NCBI RefSeq assembly: GCF_018977255.1
Contig: NW_024704742.1
Location: 125,180,001-125,244,000, forward strand
DNA from: Callorhinchus milii
Taxonomy: Eukaryota
Direction: 5' to 3'
Length of the DNA: 64,000 nucleotides
Under the pieces are notes generated by a model, which saw only the letters and a list, made by a program, of their open reading frames with translations, ran no database searches and had not been told where the DNA came from. Position numbers and translations under genes: made by a program. Each line of letters begins with the position of its first letter. Position 1 is the first letter of the stretch. This document shows positions 37,569 through 49,835 of the stretch, piece by piece.

Positions 37569-38490
37569 TATTTATATACAAGTCACTTTATTGTTATAAT
37601 TATAGTAACTCTTTTACAGAGTGTTAACCCTGATCGAACAGGAGAGCATGTTTTCAGTTTGTGCACTTGGATACTGAAAAATACTCATTTACATTAATAA
37701 AGCCATTTAAACATGCCGATAAATTTTGACTATAATCTCAAGCCGACCTTTTAAAACAAATATAAGCAGCAATTTAAAATAAAATGAAACATTATTACCT
37801 ATTATATTTATCCCCTCTCTTCTTCCCCATTTTTATATTGTAACTACTTTTTTTACTATTTTCAATCAAACTCCATCATTTACCTTTTTTCTTCGAGTTC
37901 CTACCCTCTATTTTGGAAGTCCACTTTGATTGTATCATAGTGTAATGTTAAAAATGTTCAATTGCTACACTCAGGCTTCCCAATAAATTACTATTAATGT
38001 GAACTGCATTTATTTCACTAGCTTTATCACCGGTTTAAGTTGTTTTAATCAATAAACTCATGCTAAATAAAAGCCATTTTGTCTCTTGACTTTTGCATTA
38101 ACCTTCCATTAACTATTATCATTTCCCCCAAGCCTGCCTTAGTCAATAATGCTAATGTAGAAACGTGGGGCTCGCAGTATGAAATGGGTATTTAGATTTT
38201 GTTAATATGCCTGGCCTTTCCAATTACATGTCATGTGGCATGAAATTTATGGCACATTTTGAAATATTTTTCCACAAAATGAATTATATGGAGCTAGAGT
38301 TCTTGGGGCAGTAATAATTTTGAAATAAGGTCAGACACTCCTTCTGGTTACTGCCTCTTAAGAAGGTAACATCAAATTGACAGCGCTGTATCTCTTGAAC
38401 TCACCTTTTAATCCACCGTGTAGCCTCATGGCAAATGAGGCTAATAATGGAGCATCCGATCATCTCATTGTTGCTTAAGGGACATGAACA

Positions 38491-38932
38491 ATAATAATAA
38501 TAATCCTTACATTTGATACAGTGCTTTATCACATCTTCGAGACGTCTCAAAGCTGCTTCACGGCAGCCAATTGTACTCAGCAGTGTCCCACAAACAGTCG
38601 TAGATTGAGTGAGCAAATTATTATTTGTTAAAATTTATTTATTGTTTTGAAGGGGTTATTACCCCTGGAAAAGCGATCCCCCAATCAATTAACAACCAGG
38701 TTCCCACTTACTGCTAGGTAAACAGAGGTGTGTGATGTAAAGAAACTTGCCCAATGTTTTGCCTTGCCCGGGAATTGAACTCAAATCCTCTCGCTTTTGA
38801 GGCGAGTGCTCTAACCTACAGGACTAAGCTACAGGACTCCACTAAATGCCTAGAATGGGGTGTGAAGTGCTTTGGGATGTCCTCCCGACGTGAAAAGCGC
38901 TATATCAAATACAAGGATTATTATTATTATTT
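38491..38932. mobile_element. CORE-like SINE long form (38491-38842 -) followed by an oppositely oriented SINE tail (~38860-38932 +)
   Basis: Head reverse complement gctacaggactccac; second tail gtgaagtgctttgggatgtcctcccgacgtgaaaagcgctatatcaaatacaaggattattatt. Confidence 0.87.
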
Positions 38933-39111
38933 GCCTAGATATCACTATTCATTTAATTTCTTATCAGTTTTACTGGATGGCACCTCTCTTCCCCCCGCCC
39001 CCCCCCCCCCCCCCCTTCCCCCATAACGCAATGTTTTGGGTCTGTAAAATTATGACTGGTTCATGACAGAAAATGAGCAACACTTACAGGTTGTCAGGTT
39101 GCCAGTGGCAT

Positions 39112-39206
39112 CACTTCCACTTTCCGGCTGTCTCAAACTGGCTGGCTTCTTGCACTCTGCACAGATGTGCAGGAAGTCAGCCAGTTCACGCCAAAAGGCA
39201 GAGGTG
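39112..39206. repeat. Imperfect palindrome, probably the centre of an old MITE-like element
   Basis: aactggctggcttcttgcac (39136-39155) pairs with gtgcaggaagtcagccagtt (39167-39186); weaker pairing extends outward. Confidence 0.75.
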
Positions 39207-39319
39207 TATCACAGTTCCAATAACCGTGGTTTCCACAGGCCACTCACATTGTAAGTGCAATCGTGGCCTAGCGAGATGCATTACTATGGGGGTCATTTCT
39301 AAATGAAAGTCTCCATATA

Positions 39320-39448
39320 AATAATAATAATTGTTGCATTTGATATAGTGCCTTATCACATCTTCAAGACGTCTCAAAACTTTTACAGAATATACTGCAA
39401 AGTGAATTGACTGTATAGTTTGTGGGCGGAACGCAGCAGCCAATTGCG
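39320..39448 (-). mobile_element. SINE 3' fragment
   Basis: Matches the SINE tail consensus seen elsewhere in the window. Confidence 0.8.
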
Positions 39449-41274
39449 CTGTGAGATATTATTCGCTTGCAAGTCACTGACTGGCGTTTCCCACTTACAT
39501 TTTGCGGGAGTGTCCAGCAAACATCGTGTCAGCATGTGTATAATTTACAATGGAATGCCTCTCTGCTGGACCCACCTCAAAGTGCTTGTTCCATTCTGAA
39601 GGCACAATGGGAAATAACGGTACTGGTTCATAATGGCGATATATGACTGCTCCACATGTTATTCCTGAGGCTCTGAGTTTAAAAGCACACTGGTCTTTGA
39701 AATACTATTCCATGAAATTGAATTAAAGAGAGTGTGCACGTAAGGTAACGAGTGAACTGTCAAGATTTTTTTATTCTGATGTTTTTAAATAGCATCTCTT
39801 ACGGCAGCTGTCATTGTGCTCTGACGGCAGATGGTGCCTGCAGTAATAAATGATCTATATAATTAAAATTGAACGCACATTAATGCACAAACAAAAGCAC
39901 AGCGTCTCTCACATTATAATCCTCTCGTACAGTACAATCCATAAAGTGCAATTCAGGGATGGATTTAAATGGTTTTGTGCTTTACACATACTTGACCTGA
40001 TGTGTGGTCTTCTGCGCTCGATTCCCTCCTCAATTTATAAACAAATCCCACAGCACACAATTGGCCAACATGGCATTACAAAATAAAGTATTTGAAATAC
40101 ATATACATAAGTGTAATACGATGTATGCAGTATATATTAATAACAAATAGAATATAATTCACTTACAAAACAGTCACTTCGCTTTACAGTATATCCTGTG
40201 AAGTGCTTTAAGAAGACATCGTGGCATGAATGTTGTACCAAATTTATTATTATTAATAATAATACTATTCACATCAGAATCAAACATTGCACTTGGTCCC
40301 CAAGTTTATTGTTTCCCTCTCTTTAAGTCGCCGTATTTATTGGACTCCTGTGTTTACACCATCAATGCTGCTCTCTCACCATTCTCCCCAATGCCATTCT
40401 CTTTGTCTCTGAGAGGTTTCTCTGGACTTCAAATCACTTCATTTTATTCCAGACTAGCAGCTGCTAACCCACAACATTTAAGCAGTAAGTACTAAATAAG
40501 CTGGAAGAATGCACCACCTTGACACAATCATAAGCAGATTTGAAATTATGTTTGCTGTTGAACGAAAATGCATACTATAAATACAGCAGTAGCAAGAGGA
40601 AAGGATGATCATTATTTTACCCCCCATCTCCCCCCCCACTCATTGTAACAACTTGTAACCATGTACATCTTTATAATGCATCCTTGACTATTGTATTACA
40701 TATAAGATTGGACTGGATATTTCATTCACTTATTATTGAGAGGAACAAACAGAAATCCAACAGAACAGGAAGAACCAGACAATGAAGATGTGCAGAGACA
40801 CAAATGGTATTGATTTTTGTTTAAACTCATCTAAAGGCATTTTCACCTCACAGCTAATGGTATCTGTATTATGATATAGAAATAATGGTTGGTCTGTCCT
40901 GTTATTCCAGAATTTTTTTTAATTGTAGGCTCATTTTATTACAGAAATATTAAGATAGGAGCATAGTTGGACTTGATAGTGAGTGCATGAATTACTTGTG
41001 GGGACAGCTGAGTGGTCCAAAGCTTCAGGGTACCATCATTCTGTGCTAAGGGAAACCCTAGGCAGAGCTCTGTAGGCTGTTTTCATCTTTTATCCAGCTA
41101 CAGAGTGCCATTGCCAGAAGCCTGGGAGCAGATTGTCTAACTGTTCTTATGCCTGGGGAAATGATGTGATCTCGTTGGACCTAAAGAAGCCAAAATAAAA
41201 TAGTTCTTACAGAAATATAAACTGATATTTTCAAATAGAGACTGCAAGAAAGAGTTAAAAAAAGTTTCTTACTT

Positions 41275-41625
41275 GACAGAGGTGTTTAAAATTATGAAAG
41301 GATTCAATAGAATGGATATCAATAGATTGTTTCAACTTGTTGGTGAGCCTGAAACAAGGGGTATAAATATAAGTTAGCAAGTAGCAGATCCAAATGAGAG
41401 TTTAGGAAGAATTTCTTCACACAGAGGGTGGTGAGCATATGAAACTCATTGCCAGAACCTATGGTTAAAGCAGAAAGCATCAACGGATTGAAGAGGATAC
41501 ACATAGGAGGGTGAAGGGAAAGGAGGGGTATAGGAAGGGGGATTAGGAGGGGTGGTAGCTCATGTTCATTATAAACACAAGTGAAGACTGAATGGCTTGT
41601 TTCCATGTTCTAGCATTGTATATAA
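41275..41625 (+). mobile_element. CR1 3' fragment
   Basis: EVFKIMKGF...FRKNFFTQRVVS remnants and a CR1-type tail. Confidence 0.8.
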
Positions 41626-42436
41626 AAGAAGCTGGATTTTTAGTGTGCGGTATCAAGCCAAAATATCTCAAAGCACTTCACAAGTAATTGTTATTGAATG
41701 CAGTGGCTGTTTTTGTTGGCCAAATGGCAGTATTTGTGCCACCAAGGGATCCATGAACAGCCACAAAATCACCAACCAGTCTCGAGGATGTATGTTGTAC
41801 ATCCCACAATGTCATGTTGTATGATCCGACTGTATGACGACTTTGCAAGCTGTAGCAAGCATAATCACGTGGCATTTTAGAGAGGGCAAAATTGTTGTAC
41901 AGTATTCTTAAAATCATTCTTGAGTAAACATTTCTATGGCAATTCCGGCTATTCATGGGATTTCCCATTATACTCTACGCATTGCGGGCACCCATGGCTT
42001 TTCAGCAGGGTTTGGATTTTACCATTATATTCAGATGGGTGGGGGATATTAAGAAATGATGGAATGTGTTTGGGAATGGCACAAATTTGACTTATAGTTA
42101 ATAAGTAGAAGAAATTGATTTTATTTGCATTAAGTGGAATGGCATAAGGAGGCATTGCAAAATAAACAGAACTGAAAATTGCAGGCAATTCTGTTACAAT
42201 TCTTTTACTTTTTTTGCTAAAAGCATTGGGTGAATTTCAGCCTATTCTGTTATGGAGAGCCTTATATCTTAGTTTCCAGGGACAGGTGCTCCTGTAAAAC
42301 CGGGAAGCATAACTGAACAAAATTAAATATTCATCCCAACCCAATACGAAATTACAAAGATCAAGTGAAAAATATTGCTGATCTGTTTATAGAGAGATGT
42401 CTTAAAAGTTTTTCTATGATGACTGCTTAACAACAC

Positions 42437-42785
42437 CTGGTCAACTTGTTCATTCGGACTCTCACCTTAGAATCAGAAGGTTTAAAGCTCACAATAGGAC
42501 TTCAGCTCACAGTCTTAAGTTTTCACTCCAATTTAATACTGGGAGCTCTGAATTGTCTGAGGTGCTGTCCTTTGGATGAGAAGTGGGTGGACATTAAAGA
42601 TCCTGTGACATTATCACAATCTAATTTATTTGGGTGTCCTTGCCCTCCTGATGAATTGATCATTGACTTCATATCATGTGCAAATTTGCTGCCATGTTTG
42701 CTTATAGATACACAGTAACCACACTTGATTCTCTATCAGATGCTTTGATGTTAAAGGTGCCATATGAAATCCAAGGATTGTTATC
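42437..42785 (+). mobile_element. Highly diverged Deu-domain SINE
   Basis: gaggtgctgtcctttggatgag...ggtggacattaaagatcctgtgac plus tail. Confidence 0.65.
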
Positions 42786-45339
42786 TCCATTGTTCATTTT
42801 CACTGGTACTCAGTACTGAGGTCTCTTAACCTTCTAAGAATTAAAGAGAAAGTAGTCCAGAGTCCAGTTATTATGCAAGACGAAGACTAAGGCAGAGAAA
42901 ATCAGTTCCAATCTCCACTGATAACGTCAAGGACTGTAAGAGATTAAATAGAATAGACCTAATTGGGAAAGATGCACGCCCACTTCGGATATTGTCTCCC
43001 TATAGTGTTGTCATATTGATGGGATCTGGAATAGAATAGACACACAAACAGAGTAATTGATTATTCCCTGCAAAAGTTAATTAACTGAATTGCATGCAAC
43101 TGCTTATGCGTGCTTCATTTATACAGCATTATGAAAGCTCCCACAGCCTGCAATGCTAATGTATTGTTTGATCTGTCTGTCAGATCAGTAAGATATGTTT
43201 TTGCAGTGTTGTATTTGAAAACCCACTCTTGACCACTCAAGATCCTTTTAGATATTTAGATGCTGAAGTGTTTAGTGATGTTTACATTCTGACACATGAC
43301 AAGATACAGGGAGGGAGGCAACACAGGTTTGTATTGATGCAATTTATTTTGTCCAATATTCAGAAGATTTATCTACATTATCCACCCAGATGCCTTCAGT
43401 GATTTAATACTACATAAAAGTAGAAGATGGAACATATCATAAACAGCTCTTGTTTAAAGGGCATTGTGAAGGAGAGCCTTTAATCTGACTGATGAAATAA
43501 ATGGAAAGTAATCTATCCTCTGTTCAACAGCTTGCTGGTAATATGAAAGAGTTCCTACTTCAGAAAGCACAGTTTAGAAAAGAAAGAACCCTTTCATTAT
43601 GTCACCTTCTCCTTAATAGTGTGTTTCATAGAGAAAAAGTTGAGTTTTTCATCGTGGTTCAGGGGAGTACTTGTAAAACATTCATTGAAAATTTAAGAGC
43701 AATTACAGTGTCAGACAGTTAGAGAAATTGCTTTTACTGAGTGAGAGTTCTCTGACGGATGCATTGTGGGAGAATTGATTTGTGCTAAGGGATAAGTGAA
43801 TTGTCATTGTGTGTCTTTTCTCATGACATCTAGCTGGATGTCATCTGCTTTGTAACAGAAGATTTGAATCAGCCAACTGTACTCATCTTAACACAAGACA
43901 GCGGATAGATTAGCTGAGGGGGAACAAATAAGCCTGTACTCTGTAGGGCATCATCCGAGCATTTTAAGGTTATGCATCTGAAAAAAAGGTTGAAGGGGAA
44001 AATAAAAATCACAGGCAGGACTTGATGAATACTTCAAGCTGTCTGACCTGCTGCGAGGAAGTCTGTCAATCCCTAAAGAAACCACATGGAAACAAAAAAG
44101 AATCAATAGAGTACCTGCCGACTCCATTAGCTTGATGAAAAAAGCAAAGAAGGAAAAATAAAGCTCTTCCAAAGCAGAAAGAAGTTTATTCCAGGGATTA
44201 AAAAGGATAAGAGATGTTCCTTGGATGGGCAGGAGAAACTGACTGAAGCCTCTCCAGGATGGTCCAAGACTGAAGTGGACGGGCTTGTCAGGTAATCCAA
44301 CTGATTTGAAGTGAACAGTTCATAGACTGAAGGTGACTGTAATTAGGTTCGTATTAGCATAGGGCAGGTGCCGGCACTAATTGTGCATTACCGCATGACA
44401 GAAAAGAATGCATGCTAGCACTAAGATAGTGTAGATTTCTGCCTGCAATATTTTCCATTCGCTTTATAACTTAAAGCTTTTGCTGGTGAGTCGGCTTAAT
44501 TTTTGCATTGTTCCTCTCCCTTGATAACAAAAGTAAAAGCTGCGTGACCTCACATAGAGAGACCTCTGCTTTGTGGTTGCTGTATAAGTAAAGGTGCATT
44601 TGAAAGTTTAGGGAAAGGTTTTGCAGGTCGGAGCATTTTGGAGCAGAAATTTACACGGTGATGACATGGCATTGTGTGGATATGTTCAGTCACGGAATCT
44701 TAAAATACCAGAACATTTTGCTTCAGGGAGTAAAAAGTTAAACATTGGGTTAGAGTAAAATAAGTAACACTATGGGGTACGGGAATGTCAGACATATTTG
44801 TTGTCTTGCATGCAGTACACAAAAAAANGAGGATGATCTGGTCTGTATATTGTAGATTTCTGCGCTATGAGCTATCTGGAATTCAGCGTAAAACTGTATT
44901 TTCTGAAATAGTTAAGTGTCTGTGATCTTAAAGCATTTCAATGGTTGGGAATGTGGAGGAAGGAGAATTCTGTCCTTTATTATTTTATAAGACTGTGTTG
45001 TTATCAGACCAATATACCAGCAAGAAATCTTACGATTTAAGTAGGGCAGTGAATTTTCTATGATAGATTTTCCAGATTGATTATAAAAACTTGAAACTGT
45101 GATTTCCCATAATTGCTCGCAGGAAAATAAGTCAGATATCACTTATAGTTTCAAAAAGAATCATATGTGCTTATCTTAAAACTGACATTATTGGTGTAGT
45201 GTTGAAAGGGAAGTGTTGACACAGCGAGAGAGAATTATCACTGGATTCTCCTCTCTCCCCATTCCTTGTCAACTGGGGGACATAACCCCTGAAATGCTTT
45301 AAGATCACCGATACTTAGGTGATTGACAAAATACAGAGT

Positions 45340-45653
45340 GGAGTCCTGTAGCTCAGTGGTTAGAGAAACTCGCTTTGCAAGCGAGAGACCTGGGTTCGAT
45401 TCCCGGCAGGGTGAAACCTTGGTCAAGTTTCCTTACTCCACACTCCTGATAATAATCCTTCAAGAAAAAAAACAATAATAAATTGGTTATTTCAATCCAC
45501 GACTGTTTGTGGGACACTGCTGTGCGCAATTGGCTGCTGCATTTTGCTCACAAATATACAGTCATTTCACTTTACAGTGTATTCTGTGAAACACTTTGAG
45601 ACGTCTAGAAGACGTGAAAAGCACTATATCAAATGCAAGTATTATTATTGTTA
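45340..45653 (+). mobile_element. Full-length tRNA-Ala-derived SINE (short form) with intact Pol III A and B boxes
   Basis: A box tagctcagtgg (45349-45359), anticodon-like arm ctcgc-tttgcaa-gcgag, B box ggttcgattcc (45393-45403), L2-like tail. Confidence 0.92.
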
Positions 45654-46244
45654 CAATTTTACTCTTGGTTCCAGATCACTAAAAGAGCAGTAATAGTAAT
45701 GATAATCTTTGCCTTATCACAACTTTGAGTCATCTCAAAGCACTTCACAAAATATACTCGTACAATGATTTGGCTATATTTTGTGGGAAAAACGTAATCT
45801 TTAAAGTGCAGTACACCCAGATTGTACCGTATTTTCTGGGTACGGTATGCAGTACACTAAATGTTTGTCACACAGATGTTCTCCCTCCTCACTGCCTTGT
45901 TCTCATCTAACCTAATGTTTAACTGCTACTTACTTATACAATATGATCCAGGAATTAGAAATTCTGGGACTGGACATGGCATATGTTGTGAGAGAGTGCC
46001 AGAAGAAACCTTTTAATTCTAAACTCAGAAGAGATTTTTACATCGAATGTCAACTGTTTACTTAACAACAAAGTACAGAGCAGCACAAGACAATCAGATT
46101 AAAAGGATTAAAAATGCGGTCTATGTTATAGTCGTTAAATGGTTAGGATGTTTTGACTTTTTTTAATTGATTGCATTGTGTATGTCAATTGAATTTTCTG
46201 CATGTACATAAACTTCAGGAAAGCATCAGAAAGAGTTGTGTACC

Positions 46245-46310
46245 TGAGTGTGTTTGAGTGAGTGAGTGTGCGTGTGTGTGAGAGAGACAGAGAGAGAGAG
46301 AGAGAGAGAT
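46245..46310. repeat. Compound (GT)/(GA) microsatellite
   Basis: tgagtgtgtttgagtgagtgagtgtgcgtgtgtgtgagagagacag(ag)n. Confidence 0.9.
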
Positions 46311-46399
46311 TGTGAATGGTTATGCGTGAAAGATGTGTGTAACTGGCATTCAAAGCCGAAGGTGGTAAAATCTTAAATAAGCGAGTCCATGAGGTACAT

Positions 46400-46960
46400 A
46401 ATAATAATAAAATAATAATCCTTGCATTTGATTACAGTGCATTTCACATTGGGAGAATATCTCAAAGCGATTTACAGAGTATACCGTAAAGTGTAATCAC
46501 TAAGTACTTTATTGGCAAATGCAGCACCCAATGTGCACACAGCAATCTCCCACCAACAGCCATGAAGTAATCTATTTTATTTGGGGATTATTAGCCAGGA
46601 CACTTGAACAGGCAGACAAAAACTTAGTCCTGATAAATAAAACAAGTTAACAAGAGAGATTTAGTTGAAAAAGGCTTTTCAGCCTATTCCATCTCATCCC
46701 TCCAGAATACCCACCTACCATCTTCCCATCACAGAATCAAGCTACTTTTAAGTGAGTCCAGTATCCCAGCCCTAACCACCCTCCTGGTAACCTGTACCAA
46801 TCGTTAATCACCCTCTAGATAAAAGAATACGTCTTAATGTCTGTCCTGAAATGCCCTTTACAATCCTAAAACTGTTTTCTCTTGCTCTGATTTCTTGGTG
46901 CAACTGAAAGTATTATTTTCAGTTTACTTTCTCAATCCCATTTAAATTTTTATGTGCCTC
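46400..46960 (-). mobile_element. Deu-SINE 3' part (46400-46625) and old CR1 fragment (46655-46960)
   Basis: Similarity to other copies in the window. Confidence 0.7.
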
Positions 46961-48202
46961 TTTACAGCTATTACCAAATCCTGCTGATAATATATGTACT
47001 CATGTGAAGGTTACACTTATTCTAGTTCAAAGGGCTTGTGAAGTTCACTAACTTCAAGCAGAATACACTCAGACTGAAATGCTGCCAGAGACACAGAAAA
47101 ATATTCCCTTAACATTGTTATTCAGTCAAATGCATTGAGCTAGTGATGGGAGACAAAACTGGTATTTTCCTTTTTAGTGTGTGCCATCAATTTTATTGAA
47201 TTATGTCCGGGAGCAGGCTGTGCTTTTGCGCCACTTCAGTGATCATGTTCCTTGTGTACTGTGTGTACTGGAGATTCACTGGAGCTGTAAGCGGCTGTTT
47301 GTTTTCTGCCGGTCTTGTCAAAAAAGTAAAATGAACATCAGATACATCTAGCACAATGGTGGCCAGAAGTAGCTCGCAGGGCTATCAAGAAATACCCCCC
47401 GAAAATTTGCTTGAGTCTAGGTAAATCCACGTTCGATCTATAGTGTATTTTCATTTTTCTCTTCATTAATATTTATGGCATCAATCAAGAAATATGCAAT
47501 CAAGAACATTTATTTTGTTGGCCAACTATAAAGTTTGGCCCCACATGGTCCAACAGATAGTCCTGCCTCAGTCATGGCAGGAAACAAATCTTTAGTGTAA
47601 AAAGTCACCAGCTGACATTGCTTTTGTCATCCATCGATTCCATTAACTCGAATGCTGTGAAATAATGCTTAAAATCCCAAGCTCCATGTACACAAAAAAC
47701 AATGAAGGTTGCCAGTGGCTTTGAGTTAGTTTCAGTCTCAAACATTGTGGAGTAAGTGGAAGGGTCCATTCCCATGGCTAGTTATCGACAGGGTTTGAAC
47801 TCAGTTTCCGGTGATGTGATAATTATTCAGGTCTAATCCAATTGTTAGAAATTGAAAGAAAATAGGCATCTACAACAACAACTTACATTTATATAGCTCC
47901 TTCACGTGGGATAGAGTCCCAGACTGCTTAACAGCGGTGGAGTCTAACCCCAAGCCAGGGACGAGGGAGGGAGGAGGTGATCATGAGCAATATCAAAAAG
48001 GAAGGTCTTCAGATGAGATCTACCTCTATGCTAGCAATTTGTAGAAAGCCACATAATATGAGCCCTGTGCCACTGACCAACAGTACCATAATTAAGGCTG
48101 GAAAATTGCTTTCAATTCACTCACTACCTGCACAAATATTTCAGTTTGCCTTTTAGGCCGAATTGTAAAGGAATTGAATCCATTTAGCATGTCTCGAAAG
48201 TG

Positions 48203-48365
48203 TAATAATAATAATCATCTTTGAATTTAATATAGTGCCTTATCATGTTGTTGAGACGTCTCAAAAAGCTTCCCTGAATGTATTGGAAAGAGGATTGACT
48301 GGATTTTAGGGGCGAAACATGGCAGCCAATTGCGCAGCAGTGTCCCACAAACACGTAATCTGCTT
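48203..48365 (-). mobile_element. SINE 3' fragment
   Basis: ggcagccaattgcgcagcagtgtcccacaaac and a (TAA)n tail. Confidence 0.8.
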
Positions 48366-48419
48366 GTGAAATCATTCAAGGGGGGCACACAAATTAAACA
48401 CTTGTATTTTAGATTTAGT

Positions 48420-49835
48420 AATATAATAATCAATGCATTTGATACAGCACCTAATCAGCTCTTCGCAACATCTCGAAGCGTTTTGCAGGATTTTACTGTA
48501 ATGTGCAGTGACTGTGTATTTGCATGAACACGGCAGATGATTTGCACACTGCAATGGCCATAGACAGCCACAAAGTGAACGATTGATTTTATTTTGGACG
48601 TTGATAGCCAGGTTATCAACAGAAACTCCTTTCACTTTTGGAATCGTGCCATGGGATCTTTAACATCTTGTGCAGCGTTCCTCAGTGCTCTGCCCTTGGT
48701 CCCCTCCTCTTCAATATCTATATGCTCCCTCTTGGCGACATCATCTGCAGACATGGGGTCAACTTCACATGTATGCAAAAGACACCCAACTCTACCTCTC
48801 TGCCTCCACCCTTGATTCCAGGACCACTGCTGTCCTGACAGAATGTCTGTCAGACATCAAGTCCTGGATGAGAGCTAACTTTCTTCATTTGAACGTCAAC
48901 AAGACTGAGGCTCTCCTGATTGGCTCCCGTCAGTGCCTCCTCCCTCAGGCGCTGACAGCATCACCATCCATGGTTGCACACTCCACCTTGCTAAGCCAGT
49001 TCGGAACCCTGGCGTCTTGTTTGACCCTCAACTATCCTTTCTACCCCACATTCATGCCATGACCCGCTCTGCCTTCCCCCACCTCCAGAACATCACCCGG
49101 CTCCGACACTGTCTCACACCGTAGGCCGCCGAATCCCTCACACACGCTTTCATTACATCGAGGCTCAACTATGCAAATTCACTGCTTGTCAGCCTCCCCA
49201 ATTCTTCCTTGCACAGGCTGCAGATCATCCAGAACTCTGCAGCCCCTGTCCTCTCCCGCACCAGGCTCTGCAAGCCTAACACCCCTATCCATACCCAACT
49301 CCACTGGCTTCCCATCACACAGAGGATACAATTCAAAATCCTTGTCCTCACCTTTAAAGCCCTCTATGGTCTTTCTGCCCCCTACCTCTCCGATCTCCCA
49401 ACCCCCTATCATCCTGTTCGCTCCCTACACTCAGCAGGCTTCGGCATGGTTCACGTCCCCCGCCTTACTCGTCCCACTATTGGCGGGCCGGCCTTCCGCC
49501 ACTCTGCCCCCACCATCTGGAACTCCATCCCACAGTCCATCCGCCTCACCCCCGCCTTGCCTCCTTCAAGACCCATCTCAAGACCCTCCTCTTCAACCAT
49601 GCTTTTGATTTCCCTGCTTCCCCCCCCTGCCCTCTACCTTCCCTTACCCCGACCCTCAGCTCAGGTCCATAACTCTGTCTGTCCAGCGCCTTGGGACGTC
49701 CTCCTGACGTGAAAGCCGTTTTACAAATTTAATTTTGTTGTTGTTTAACATCCACCTGAGCAGGCAATCGTGATCCAATGTCTCATCCAAAGGATCTGGA
49801 TAATGCAGTGCTTCCCCAACACTGCACTGTACTAA
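48420..49835 (-). mobile_element. Deu-domain SINE split by an L2 insertion
   Basis: gccatgggatctttaacatc before the insertion resumes as tttaacatccacctgagcagg after it. Confidence 0.8.
48668..49743 (+). mobile_element. 5'-truncated L2 LINE with a 9-bp TSD
   Basis: VPQCSALGPLLFNIYMLPLGD, HMYAKDTQLY, LHWLPITQRIQFKIL; TSD tttaacatc at 48659-48667 and 49744-49752. Confidence 0.94.

Noticed and set aside
38990..39022. Poly-C tract as a functional G-quadruplex or proline-rich ORF
   Set aside because: A simple homopolymer whose length is error-prone, with no supporting context
43350..43440. LRR-like peptide IIHPDAFSDL
   Set aside because: An isolated motif with no LRR periodicity, no good donor site and a stop shortly after
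45340..45412. tRNA-Ala(TGC) gene (also 14145-14215 on the minus strand)
   Set aside because: It has A/B boxes and an anticodon arm, but lacks a full acceptor stem and continues directly into a SINE body present in many copies; it is a SINE head
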